The notes under the pieces: generated by a model
Told to the model about the DNA's origin: nothing
Database searches by the model: none
The model's input: the letters and a program-made list of their open reading frames with translations, nothing else
Shown here: in pieces, positions 9,155-19,645 of the stretch
How positions within the stretch are numbered: the stretch's first letter is position 1
Layout: each line of letters opens with the position of its first letter
Virus record (IMG/VR): IMGVR_UViG_3300048104_000741
Span: 8,650-72,649 of that record
Direction: 5' to 3' (one strand)
DNA: 64,000 nt
Source: a virus
Position numbers and translations under genes: made by a program

Positions 9155-12100
9155 ATGAACAAGAAAAAAACCGTTTCAAGCGACGTACTCGCATCGGATA
9201 TCGCCCCTTCTTTCCCTGTCGATCAATCAGGGAATTCTTTAACTATTTCAACTTACGCTGATATGCCCGATAATTCTTATGAGAAATGGGCTTATTCTTT
9301 TGACGATATTTTATACGTTGAAAAAGAGTGGACTGATTTTCAAAGTGGAAGCCTTCAAATAGACTTAGATGGGACTGAGTCCGCTATTCATTTTAGGGGA
9401 ATGAACAATTCTATACTTTCTTCATCTAAAGCTGAAAGTTCCTTGCAATCTTCAAGTCTTTTTTCAATAACCTTTGATAGCGGCGCTAACTTTTCGGAAA
9501 CGGTAAAAAGTCAGGTTACTCAAGGCTTCTTAAAATGGTCTGATTTAATATCAGGAATAAAGCCTAGTAATTCGTCTAACCCTACTGTTTCTCATAATAT
9601 AGAGGTTACGGTAAAAGCTTTTGCTGAAAATTCTTCAAAGGTAGGTAGCGCTATTATTACAAACACTGACACAGTAGAAGGTTCTACTTTTGCTATATCG
9701 GGAGATATATCTCTTAATACAAATAATATAGACGCCTACTCCACTAAATTTCTACAAGTAGCCGGACCTACTAGCAACAAGACTTATACCGTTACTGTTT
9801 CAAACGGAGACTTCTATATTGATGGTGCGCAGCAGCCAACGCTAGCTCTTACGGAAGGCAACACTTACAAGTTCGACCAATCAGATAGCTCGAATAGCAA
9901 CCATCCCTTGCGGTTCTCTACCACTAGCGATGGAATACATAACAGTGGATCGGAATACACAACAGGTGTAACGACTGCTGGAACCCTAGGTAGTGCTGGA
10001 GCGTTTACGCAGATTGTGATTGCAGCAGGCGCACCAACGTTGTATGTGTATTGCAAGACTCATTCGGGAATGGGTTTCCAAGTTAATACGGAAACGGGAA
10101 ATAGCTACCAAGTTTCGGTATTAACTTCTATTATCGTTCACGAAGCTGCTCATATATTAGGACTGGGGACCTTATGGAGCGATAGAGGTTTTATTAAAAC
10201 TCACTCTAATGGTTCAACATATTACGATGGAGTAAAAGCTTTAGAGGAATACAAAACAATTTTTTCAAATTGGCCAGATTCTAGCAGTTTTATTGGAATT
10301 CCAATTGAAAATGATGGCGGAGCAGGAACAGCGGGATCTCACCCAGAAGAAGGTTTTAAAACTTTTGTTTCCTTTACATCTGATTATGCCCAGTTTGGCG
10401 GATTAATATACCCAGGACTTCAAGACGAGATTAATACGGGATTCATGACTGAAGATAATTACATGCCTTTGAGTAAAATATCTGTAGGTTTTGCGGATGA
10501 TTTAGGGTTTGTTGTGGATTATGATAAAGCTGATGACTTTGTGGCTCATGATCCGCCCTCAACTCCTACTCCTACTCCAGCGCCTCCTGCAGAAGGAGAT
10601 GGAATTACAATGTATTTTGAAGATACAAGCTCTGTTTCTCTTCCGATTGCACAGATTGGCTGGAAACCAACTACTGATCATTTGGGAAATCAAATTACAC
10701 ATTACAAAAATGACGGTCCAGATTCTTCGATTGTTATAGATTGGGGAGATGGAACTACGCAAACCTTAACTAAAGGTCAAGAAGGGGTAATAACAAAAAC
10801 TTACGCCTCTAATTCTGGAGTTAAAACAGTTAATATAACTGGGCATTTGGTAAAATATGGAACTCCTGATTTAGTTGTAACCGGTGGGTCCGAAAATACC
10901 GATGTAGTTCAGAGTAACACGAAAATGACAAAACTCGTTATAAAAGGGATGGATTTTCTAGAAGATACTTCTTATGCTTTTTACAAGACCTTAATGCTGG
11001 AAACTGTGGATTTAGCTGATTTTAAATCCCCAAGTTTAGAAAAATGCGCATTCATGTTTGCGATAGAGAAGCTTATATTTGAAACTAATGGAAAATTACA
11101 TTGCAGTGCCCCGTTTGGCCTCAACACTCCAGTTTTAAAAAGCATAGATATTTCCTCAATGAATTTCTTTGATGTAACATGGTGGACAGGCATGTTTAGA
11201 GCTCAAAAAAATCTTGAAACCATTTCAGGCGCGGAAAATCTTTTTTTCCGATACGGAAATGACTTTGGTGGCAACTCCAATAGGAATACTTTTTCAGCTC
11301 TGGGAACGGGGGGAACAATGGACGCTTCGACTAGTATATTTAGTGGTTGTGACTCTTTAGCTTCTTTAGATTTAAGTTCATATGGATTTGCGTATGAAGA
11401 AGGTACGGGTTTTTCTGTTTCAGACGCTTATATTGCTGCAAATTCGGACTGGCTGGATACATATACCACCCTTGACTGTATATATGATCCACTTTGTGAA
11501 TCTTTAAGTAATAGTTGGAATGCGGCTTTTATGAAAATTCCCTCAAATAGACCTCAATGGGACTCTTTTAAGCCGTACAGACAATCTGGGGGAGATTTTT
11601 GTAATAACTCAGGAGATTATATTGAATTAAAATTTAGCGCAGCAAGATTGGCCTCAATAAATAGAACTGTTTCATTTGAATTTACTCATCATTTGCTTCA
11701 TTGGGCTCAAGACTCTTACGTAGAGTTAACCGCTGGTAATTGGGGGCCGGATCCAGATTCAGAACCTCATGTCTATATAGATTGGGGCGAAGGAGCTGGA
11801 AACCAAGAATACGCTTGGAGCAACTCAGCTTCTTTCACCTACCCAGATAGCAATACAGAACGCACTATTAAAATTTCTGGAGATTTAAGTTGGATTACCT
11901 GCAAACACGCAAGCTCTGCTAAAATAATTGGAATGAGGTCTTTAGAGAAAACAGATCGAATGTTTAAGTGCGATTACGGAAAGGAGTTAGATTCTTTAGA
12001 TTTATCTCAATGGGACTCTAGAAATATCGTATCTATGAATAGAATGTTTTACTATCAGAATTTGAACGCTCTATCTGATAGTAATGGAGAATTCACTGGA

Positions 12101-12526
12101 TTGTCAAATTTTTCTTCTAAAAAATTAACAGATATGGCTTATCTTTTTTGGAAATGTGGAATGCCTAAAAAAATAGATTTAAATCACATAAATGTTTCAA
12201 AAGTAACAGATATGACGGAAATGTTTCGTAACAATTGGTCTGGGTGTTGCTCTGCTGTTCCTGTGAGCAATGGGGGTTCAGGAGTTGCCACTCAGATAGG
12301 AATTTCAGAATGGAGGCCCGTGAACTTAAAGTATGCTTCATCTATGCTTAGAGACTGGTGTGAAGTACCGGACTTAACAAAATGGGAGACGCCTAACCTG
12401 AGGAGTTATATATGGAATGGGTATAATCCATACTACAGCACCTACGAGACCGAGATGAGAGCTAAAGCTCCCACCTCTTGGAAGATTGAAGCAGGGGGAA
12501 GCCTCGTTCCTCATTGGTTTAATTGA
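9155..12526 (+). CDS. Mosaic protein: leishmanolysin-like zinc metalloprotease, inserted beta domain, PKD-like domains and BspA/DUF285-like repeats
   Basis: HEAAHILG and GGAGTAGSH; IDWGDG and IDWGEG; repeats like WDSRNIVSMNRMF and NVSKVTDMTEMF; PTPTP linker. Confidence 0.7.
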   Translation: MNKKKTVSSDVLASDIAPSFPVDQSGNSLTISTYADMPDNSYEKWAYSFDDILYVEKEWTDFQSGSLQIDLDGTESAIHFRGMNNSILSSSKAESSLQSSSLFSITFDSGANFSETVKSQVTQGFLKWSDLISGIKPSNSSNPTVSHNIEVTVKAFAENSSKVGSAIITNTDTVEGSTFAISGDISLNTNNIDAYSTKFLQVAGPTSNKTYTVTVSNGDFYIDGAQQPTLALTEGNTYKFDQSDSSNSNHPLRFSTTSDGIHNSGSEYTTGVTTAGTLGSAGAFTQIVIAAGAPTLYVYCKTHSGMGFQVNTETGNSYQVSVLTSIIVHEAAHILGLGTLWSDRGFIKTHSNGSTYYDGVKALEEYKTIFSNWPDSSSFIGIPIENDGGAGTAGSHPEEGFKTFVSFTSDYAQFGGLIYPGLQDEINTGFMTEDNYMPLSKISVGFADDLGFVVDYDKADDFVAHDPPSTPTPTPAPPAEGDGITMYFEDTSSVSLPIAQIGWKPTTDHLGNQITHYKNDGPDSSIVIDWGDGTTQTLTKGQEGVITKTYASNSGVKTVNITGHLVKYGTPDLVVTGGSENTDVVQSNTKMTKLVIKGMDFLEDTSYAFYKTLMLETVDLADFKSPSLEKCAFMFAIEKLIFETNGKLHCSAPFGLNTPVLKSIDISSMNFFDVTWWTGMFRAQKNLETISGAENLFFRYGNDFGGNSNRNTFSALGTGGTMDASTSIFSGCDSLASLDLSSYGFAYEEGTGFSVSDAYIAANSDWLDTYTTLDCIYDPLCESLSNSWNAAFMKIPSNRPQWDSFKPYRQSGGDFCNNSGDYIELKFSAARLASINRTVSFEFTHHLLHWAQDSYVELTAGNWGPDPDSEPHVYIDWGEGAGNQEYAWSNSASFTYPDSNTERTIKISGDLSWITCKHASSAKIIGMRSLEKTDRMFKCDYGKELDSLDLSQWDSRNIVSMNRMFYYQNLNALSDSNGEFTGLSNFSSKKLTDMAYLFWKCGMPKKIDLNHINVSKVTDMTEMFRNNWSGCCSAVPVSNGGSGVATQIGISEWRPVNLKYASSMLRDWCEVPDLTKWETPNLRSYIWNGYNPYYSTYETEMRAKAPTSWKIEAGGSLVPHWFN

Positions 12527-12571
12527 TAAAATTTTTACATTCAGATACGCGCTTTAAGTGTATACTTTAGT

Positions 12572-12805
12572 ATGACTAAAGAAGGTGAATATATAGACGA
12601 CGACGACATTTTTTTTGTGTCCCCTAGGGACTACGATGAGCAAACTGACGCTTTAAGATTTGACCTGGACGATCTAGTTGATAGGTATACAAGTGAATTT
12701 GATTTAAATACGATAACTATCATAGGAGCGCTCCAAGAAAAAATTGAGGAGTTAGCTGATTCGGGAAATATCGAGTTCACAATGGATGAAGATTTTTTTA
12801 ATTAA
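12572..12805 (+). CDS. Acidic hypothetical protein
   Basis: ORF preceded by GTGTA-N9-ATG. Confidence 0.65.
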   Translation: MTKEGEYIDDDDIFFVSPRDYDEQTDALRFDLDDLVDRYTSEFDLNTITIIGALQEKIEELADSGNIEFTMDEDFFN

Positions 12806-13201
12806 ATATTATATTAATAATGAATATAATAGTCGGAGAGATGTTCAAGTTAACTTTTTATAAAAAGTTTTTTAATTGTTTTTTTAAGACGTACCTAAAA
12901 AGCGGATCTTACTCCTACGATCAAATTATAAAAATAGACTTAGAGTTAAGATTTTTCTTTAATGAAAACTTAAAGCGAAAAAAAGATCCTAAAAAGGTTA
13001 GAGAAGAATTATGCGTCAATTTATCTAACTCTTTTAAGAGTCCATTTGATGTAGAGTGTCTCGTTTATAACTATCAAAGCACAGAGCTTTCAGACGTTTC
13101 TAATTTTGCCTTTGAGGATATTTTCAACTTTAAATTTTGCCCTACTATAAAATGTTCTACCGAAGAATATTTATCTCATTTATTATTTTTTTATTTTAAA
13201 A

Positions 13202-13711
13202 ATGGAAAACTATTCAAAAATACCAATTCATAAAGAATCTCCCTATATAGTCAACTCTATAATAGAAATAGAAGAGGGCTCGAGAAATAAATATGAGTTT
13301 GATAAAAATCTCAACGCTTTTGTTTTTGACAGAATTTTAAGGTCAGCGATGGTCTATCCTTGTAATTACGGCTTTATACCCAACACAATGGCTGACGATG
13401 GAGACGCCTTGGATGTCTTAGTTTATAGCCCCGAACCTATAAAAAGAGCTACTTTAGTCGAGTCTAGGGTTATTGGATGCTTAGACATGGAAGACGGAGG
13501 CTTCAAAGATTATAAGATTTTTGCAGTGCCATCTTTTTTTAGGGAAGATTTTAGCATTTTGAAACATCTTGATCCAGATATTTTAGACATATTTGAAAAT
13601 TTCTTCTTAAGATATAAAGATTTAAGTCATAGCGAGTCGCACGTCTCCTTAAAGGGGTGGCTTACCAAGGAAGAAACTTTTAAAATTATAAACGAAAGTG
13701 TTTTAAAATGA
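13202..13711 (+). CDS. ppa: Inorganic pyrophosphatase (family I)
   Basis: KYE, YPCNYGFIPNT, DGDALDV, DYKI. Confidence 0.93.
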   Translation: MENYSKIPIHKESPYIVNSIIEIEEGSRNKYEFDKNLNAFVFDRILRSAMVYPCNYGFIPNTMADDGDALDVLVYSPEPIKRATLVESRVIGCLDMEDGGFKDYKIFAVPSFFREDFSILKHLDPDILDIFENFFLRYKDLSHSESHVSLKGWLTKEETFKIINESVLK

Positions 13712-14045
13712 TTTCTATACTGCTTCTATCAATCTTATATTTTTTTTGTGAAAGATATTATTTAAATATCCCGAAGGGAAAACATATAAAAGACTTGCGA
13801 TTAAATAAATGAAACCAGTTTTACTTCTCTCTTTTTTGTTTTTGTTTGGGTGTTATCCAATAAAAGTAAAAGAGAAGGAAAGAGACTGGAAAGAAATTTA
13901 CAAGAAAGAAATGCTTAAAGCTAGGGAAAATCAAGATAGAGATGCTTATTTCTTTTTTCTTAAAGAGTACGAGAAAGAATTCGAAAAGTCTGCGGCAAAT
14001 AAAAATACTATTGACTAAAAAGTCTTTTTGTGTTATATTTATAGT

Positions 14046-14840
14046 ATGACACAAAAAATTATTGAAAATTCTTTCGTTGATAAACTAATTAGTTTCGGGG
14101 AATCCTTATCTAAGGAAATTGTAGATATACAAAACTCCGATTTTGAGGTAAATCAAAAAGAAGATGAGTCCCCGCTGACTAAAGCTGATTTGCATTCTAA
14201 TTCTCGAATTAAATCTTTCTTAAAGGAAAATCACTCGCTAAGTAACATTTTATCTGAAGAAGATAAATCTGTTGATTTCGACTTAAGAAAAAAATGGGAG
14301 TATTATTGGGTAATAGATCCTATAGACGGAACAAAAGAATTTGTTAAAGGTCGAGAAGATTATTGTGTAAATATAGCTTTATGCAGAGGTTCTGATCCTA
14401 TTTTTGGATATGTTTTAGTCCCCAAGTCTAAGGATTATTATTTGGGAGGAGAAGATTTTAATGCGGAAAAAAATGGATCCCCTATAAAATGTGGAAAAGT
14501 CTCGAGCTCAAGCAAGATGAGGATCGTAGCTTCCAATTCGCATATAAATGAAGCTACTCAGTCTTACATTGATGACGTAAAAAAAGATTTTGAAGTTGAA
14601 GTTTTAAAAGTTGGAAGTTCTTTGAAATTTTGCTTAATAGCTGAAAACAAGGCGGATATATATCCGAGAATAGGTCCGACTATGGAATGGGACACCTGCG
14701 CCCCACATGCCATTCTAAATTCGGCGGGAGGGAATGTTTCGGAGTATCTATCGCCTTCAAGCTTAAAATATAATAAAGAGAATCTTCTAAACCCAAGTTT
14801 TGTTGCTTCGGGATTTTTGGTTTTCCCCACTGTAATTTAA
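14046..14840 (+). CDS. cysQ: 3'(2'),5'-bisphosphate nucleotidase
   Basis: SPLTKAD, LSEE, DPIDGTKEF, GSSLKFC, YPR.GPTMEWDT. Start set at the leaderless ATG 14046. Confidence 0.92.
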   Translation: MTQKIIENSFVDKLISFGESLSKEIVDIQNSDFEVNQKEDESPLTKADLHSNSRIKSFLKENHSLSNILSEEDKSVDFDLRKKWEYYWVIDPIDGTKEFVKGREDYCVNIALCRGSDPIFGYVLVPKSKDYYLGGEDFNAEKNGSPIKCGKVSSSSKMRIVASNSHINEATQSYIDDVKKDFEVEVLKVGSSLKFCLIAENKADIYPRIGPTMEWDTCAPHAILNSAGGNVSEYLSPSSLKYNKENLLNPSFVASGFLVFPTVI

Positions 14841-14865
14841 AGATTTTAATTACACTCGTTTATAT

Positions 14866-16500
14866 ATGGCAAATAAAAGCCCCAGAGTAAAAGACAAGTG
14901 GATATCTATAGAATACGAGGGAGTGAACTATCGAAGTGTAGCAGCTTGTGCTGAGGCTATAGGTATTGGAAAAGCTGTTCTATACAGAGGTTTTAAGAAA
15001 AAGTTAAATATTTATCAAATCGTCGAAAGACATAATACCCATGGGCCTAGTACTTCAATACCCATGGAGTATAAAGGTAAACTTTATGAGTCTACTGCTG
15101 CTTTTTGTCGAGATCACAATATTCACCCCGCAACTTTTCTTAGCAGAAGAAAAGCTGGTGATTCCATTGATCACATACTTAAAACTTATCAACCTCAAGT
15201 AGTTATCAAATGGTCGGAAGAAAAAGTCAAGAATGCAGTTTTAGAAATTTATAAAAAATTTAACGATGGAAAACCTTGCGGCTTAAGCGTTTCTGATGTT
15301 CGTCAATATATTGTAGACAATAATCTCGCATCTTTATCCAGAGAAATAGTAAAATATTTTGGATCAAAACCTAATCTTGATAAAGAGCTCGGGCTGGAAA
15401 AAATAGACAGAGGACTTCCTTGTAGAGCGTCTTTTGATCAATTTATTATTGATTTTAAAAAAACTTGGAGCGATCCTGATTCGGAATTCTCAAAATGGTT
15501 AAAACATATTGGGCACGAAGGTTACCCCTTTGATTATTCTGATTCTGAATATAAAAATAACCATACAAGTGTAAAAATTTTCTGCAACATATGTAAAAAT
15601 CCCTTTTATCAATTAGTCGATTCGCACAAAAAAGGATTCTGCGGTTGCAAAAATTGCATACCTAAGTATAGAAGTTTTAAAACCCAACAATATACTATCG
15701 AAGATATATTTAGATTAGCCATTGAAAAGCATGGAACCGACCTTGAATATAACTTTGAAAAAACAAAAAAAGAATATACAGGGTATTCTCATAGCTATAT
15801 TTATTATGTTTGCCCTAAACATCGAGATAATGGAGAGCGTAAAGTTTCCTGCCAGAATCATTTATTAAATGGCCATGGATGCCCATCTTGCGGCAGTATT
15901 CAAAGTGGAATCTCTAACACTGAATCCCTCGAAGAGAACATAAGAAAGAGTGAAGCAAAACATGGTAAAGGGCGCTACGATTATAGCTATATAAAAGAAG
16001 AAGACTTTAAAACAAAAAAAGATAAAGTAAAAATCTTTTGCCCTGAACTTGATAAAGATGGGAATCCTCATGGATTTTTTCTTCAAACTTGGAGCAATCA
16101 TATTGCTGGATCTGGATGCCCAAAATGCAATACATTAAATAACTCAAAAGCTGTTCAACTAATTACTCAAATACTCTTAAAGCATAATATTAATTTCGAA
16201 AGAGAAAAAAGATTTCCTGAGTGCAAAAATAAAAAACCTTTACCATTTGATTTTCTTTTGGTAGATTACAATATACTCATTGAATTCGATGGAATACAAC
16301 ATTTTGAACCCATGAGATGGTACAATAATCACCCTGCTGACCCAAAAAAAGCAGAAGAAAAACTCCTACAAACCCAAGCTAACGACAAAATAAAGAATAA
16401 CTGGTCTAAGAAATCTCCCTATACTTTATATAGAATTCCTTATGATAAAAACGTCGAAAAAGAATTGAATAAAATTTTAATTAAAAATAAAGTAATATGA
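14866..16500 (+). mobile_element. Putative homing endonuclease: zinc-finger repeats plus C-terminal PD-(D/E)XK domain
   Basis: Repeated C..HG...H..G.GCP.C modules; PFDF..ILIEFDGIQH..NDKIK. Confidence 0.7.
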
Positions 16501-17717
16501 AAATTAATAAAAAATTAAAAAACGCAGAGTTCGAATACGATGAAGAAACAAAGGTTTTTACCATTATGGAGCAAGATGGCTTCCACGGTCATATTCAATT
16601 AAATAAGGTATACGCTTTTGCTTTCATGCGTTTTGTTGTTAGAATGGCTCAAAGAAATTGGCTAAAAAACCCGAAAAAGAATCATAAATATGAGCCTGAG
16701 GCCCTAGAGAAAGAAAACGAAGATCAATTAAAAATGTTTTAAAGTTTATATTGAATTAAAGATATATAAAGTATAATATATAATATACATGACAAACAAT
16801 AAAAAAAATAAACCAAAAATAATTTACTCCTCAGAAATAGAAGAATTTTTCTGGGAGGATTCTGACATTTCTGTATCTGAAGGCTTTCCTGTAGGCGTAG
16901 AAATTGACAATGGAGATCGCGTAGATTTAGTTTTATGCGAGGGAATTTACCATGAGCACAAAGAGAGCAGAGCCTAGACTTTTTCAATTTAGAGTGAAAT
17001 ATAACGCTGGTTCTTATCATTCTGCTATGGATAGTCATCATTATTATTATGCAAAAAACGAGCAAGAAGCTTTAAATAATCATAATTTCGTAATCAAGAA
17101 AACGGGCTCTTCTCAGACTCTAAAAGTTGAAAAATTCAATCCTTATTCGGGAAAGTGGGAAGACAAAAGCGAAATTTTAGCGAAGAATATTAGCTTTGAT
17201 TTTCAAAATTGAACATGAAATCTTCAAATATAGTATATTCAGAGCATGGTTTAGACGAGTGTTTTGAGTATAAAAATGGATCTGGTAGAGTGCCAGATGG
17301 ATTGGCTGTTGGCTTTGTAAAAAATTTCTCTGGGAGTACTTTGAGAGATTTATTTCTTTTTGATGATATAATTTATAGTAATTACGATCACGACTATTGG
17401 GACAACCTAGAGTTGGAAAATGACGTAGATAGATTAATATTGCCATGATTGCTTTTAATAAAGACTTCGGGGATCTTGGCAAAAAAAAAGTTAGTAAGCT
17501 TATTGACCTCCAAGATCTTTTGGATTTGGCCTCCGAAATGGAGGCTGAGATGGAGCAGGAAGAGAAAAAGCTACAAACTTTCGAAAATGTAGATCTTTCT
17601 AAAATTTTAGAATTGATATATAATTCCTTATTTTTAGATAAAAATTCTCAAATTGAATTAGCTATCGTAAAATCCGACAATAACTCCTTAAGTTTATCCA
17701 TGTCTTCAAAAAAATGA
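16497..17717 (+). other. Five small hypothetical ORFs
   Basis: Co-oriented, mostly with overlapping start/stop codons. Confidence 0.6.
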
Positions 17718-18265
17718 CTAAAGAAAAAGTAGATAAAGAAAAAAATTACTCAAAAAAAATCGAGCGAATAAAACCTATATTAATGGGATTTGCGTTAAAA
17801 AAAATTCGAAACCGCGTAGACGCTGAAGATGTAGTTCAAAATTGTCTTATTATTTTATTTAAGAAAGAAGCTCTTTTTGATTCGAGTAAAAGTTTCTTCA
17901 ACTGGGCTTTTACTATTTTAAATTTCCAAATAAAAGGTTTTTTTTCTCAGCGCTCAAGATCAAAAGAAGATTTAGTCGGTGAAGTTGAAAATTCTTCTAA
18001 CAATGCGCATGCCGACTATATAAATTCTAGAGATTTTTTAGAAAAGAAAAGAGATCAGTTACGCCTATTAAATCTAAACAAAGATTGCCTATCAACTAGA
18101 GAGTCTCAAGTCTTAAATTTGACATTAAAAGGTTTTAAACAAATAGAAATATCTCGAGAGTTGAAAATTCGATCCTGCCATGTAAGCAATTACAACAAGA
18201 ATTTAATAACTAAGATGAAATCAAGACTTTCAAACGAGGTGGCAAAAACCTCCAATCATTATTAA
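17714..18265 (+). CDS. ECF-type sigma factor
   Basis: DAEDVVQ, FFNWAFTI, LSTRESQVL..G....EISREL. Confidence 0.85.
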   Translation: MTKEKVDKEKNYSKKIERIKPILMGFALKKIRNRVDAEDVVQNCLIILFKKEALFDSSKSFFNWAFTILNFQIKGFFSQRSRSKEDLVGEVENSSNNAHADYINSRDFLEKKRDQLRLLNLNKDCLSTRESQVLNLTLKGFKQIEISRELKIRSCHVSNYNKNLITKMKSRLSNEVAKTSNHY

Positions 18266-18833
18266 AAGAAAATTAAATAATACTTCTCGCAAATCTTCTA
18301 TTTTAAAGCTGAGATCGCAAGGAAAAAGTTATAGTGAAATCGAAAAAGAGCTGGGTTGCTCTAGGTCTACCATATCATACCATTGCGGCACGGGAAGTGA
18401 AAAAAAAAGAGCAAAAGCTTCAAATAAAAACACCTCTCCTCTTTGCAAAAAGGTTTCAAACTTTAAAAGTCGATGCTCAAGAGCTAATTATAAAATTTTT
18501 AGATCTAAATTTAAAACCTTTAAAAAACGAAGTAAAGGCTCCAAAAACATTGTGAATAATGTATCAAAAAATTATTCCTGCAAGGATGTAATAAATAAAA
18601 TTGGAAAAAATCCCATCTGTTATCTTACGGGAGAAAAAATAGATCTAAATAAACCCCAAACCTATAATTTAGACCATTTAATTCCAACCTCAAAAGGAGG
18701 CTCTAATGACCTTTCCAATCTTGGTATTTGTTTAAGAGACGCAAACCAAGCTAAGGGGGATTTGCTTGTCGACGAGTTGCATTCTCTGTGTGAAAAAATT
18801 TTAAGCTGGAAGAAAAAATGCGATTCCCCTTAG
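18261..18833 (+). CDS. HTH-HNH endonuclease (start uncertain, possibly ATT)
   Basis: Frame of ORF 18552 is open back to 18219 and encodes LRSQGKSYSEIEKELGCSRSTISYHC; C-terminal CYLTG, LDHLIP.SKGG.N.L.N, AN.AK. Confidence 0.7.
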   Translation: MKRKLNNTSRKSSILKLRSQGKSYSEIEKELGCSRSTISYHCGTGSEKKRAKASNKNTSPLCKKVSNFKSRCSRANYKIFRSKFKTFKKRSKGSKNIVNNVSKNYSCKDVINKIGKNPICYLTGEKIDLNKPQTYNLDHLIPTSKGGSNDLSNLGICLRDANQAKGDLLVDELHSLCEKILSWKKKCDSP

Positions 18834-19239
18834 AAACTCATTTTTTTGTAGATTGTGGGTCTTTTTTTGAAGCGAAGCTCGCGGGTTTTTATGATGAATT
18901 TTGCGAAGAGCTTATTTATATTAAAAGTTCTGAAGACCCTGAATTAAATTTAACTCCAAGCGAAATTGAAGAAATATCCGAAACTCCAGACTTATTCGAC
19001 ATCAATTTTATTGAATCTGGGGAAATTTTAACTAATTGCAAGATTTTTTACTTAGAATCTTATAATAATTATTATATGCTTCAAAAAGATTTCGTGCCTG
19101 ACAGCGTTTTAATTCAATGTTGGAAGCTTCTTAAGGTGGAAGACTTGTTTGATCCCAATGACTATTGGTTTTAGTTTTAAAAACAAATCTCTTTTTTTGC
19201 AAATATAGACCTAAAAAAGTTTTTAGTGTATTTTTTTCT

Positions 19240-19644
19240 GTGGAAAAATACGATAAAGAGCACAAACACCTGCTAATAAACGCGACTTTTGAAAAAACGC
19301 CTTTCATTGATGAAGCTTTCACCCGATCTTGGATTTCTAATTTGGTAGATATTATTGGAATGGAAGAACTCTTAACTCCTCAATCAGCCCGTTCAGAAGA
19401 AAAAGGAAATGAAGGGGTTAGCGCTTTTTGCATAATCACAACTAGTCACATTTGTCTACATTCTTGGGAAAAAATGAAACCAAATTTAGTGCAGTTAGAC
19501 GTTTATAGCTGTAAAGATTTTTGTCAATTTTTAATATTAGATGAATTAAAAAAATTCAAACCAATAAGGCTTGGTGGAAAATATCTAGACAGAAGTATTG
19601 AAAATACTAGGGGATGGGAAATGGGCAGAGAGGATCTTTTTTAA
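19240..19644 (+). CDS. speD: S-adenosylmethionine decarboxylase
   Basis: HKHLL, GVS..I.TSHICLHSW, DVYSCK. Start reassigned to GTG 19240 after GTGTA-N9. Confidence 0.85.
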   Translation: MEKYDKEHKHLLINATFEKTPFIDEAFTRSWISNLVDIIGMEELLTPQSARSEEKGNEGVSAFCIITTSHICLHSWEKMKPNLVQLDVYSCKDFCQFLILDELKKFKPIRLGGKYLDRSIENTRGWEMGREDLF

Positions 19645-19645
19645 T

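Noticed and set aside
18334-18555. 73-aa ORF
   Set aside because: Shadow frame of the HTH-encoding extension of the HNH gene.
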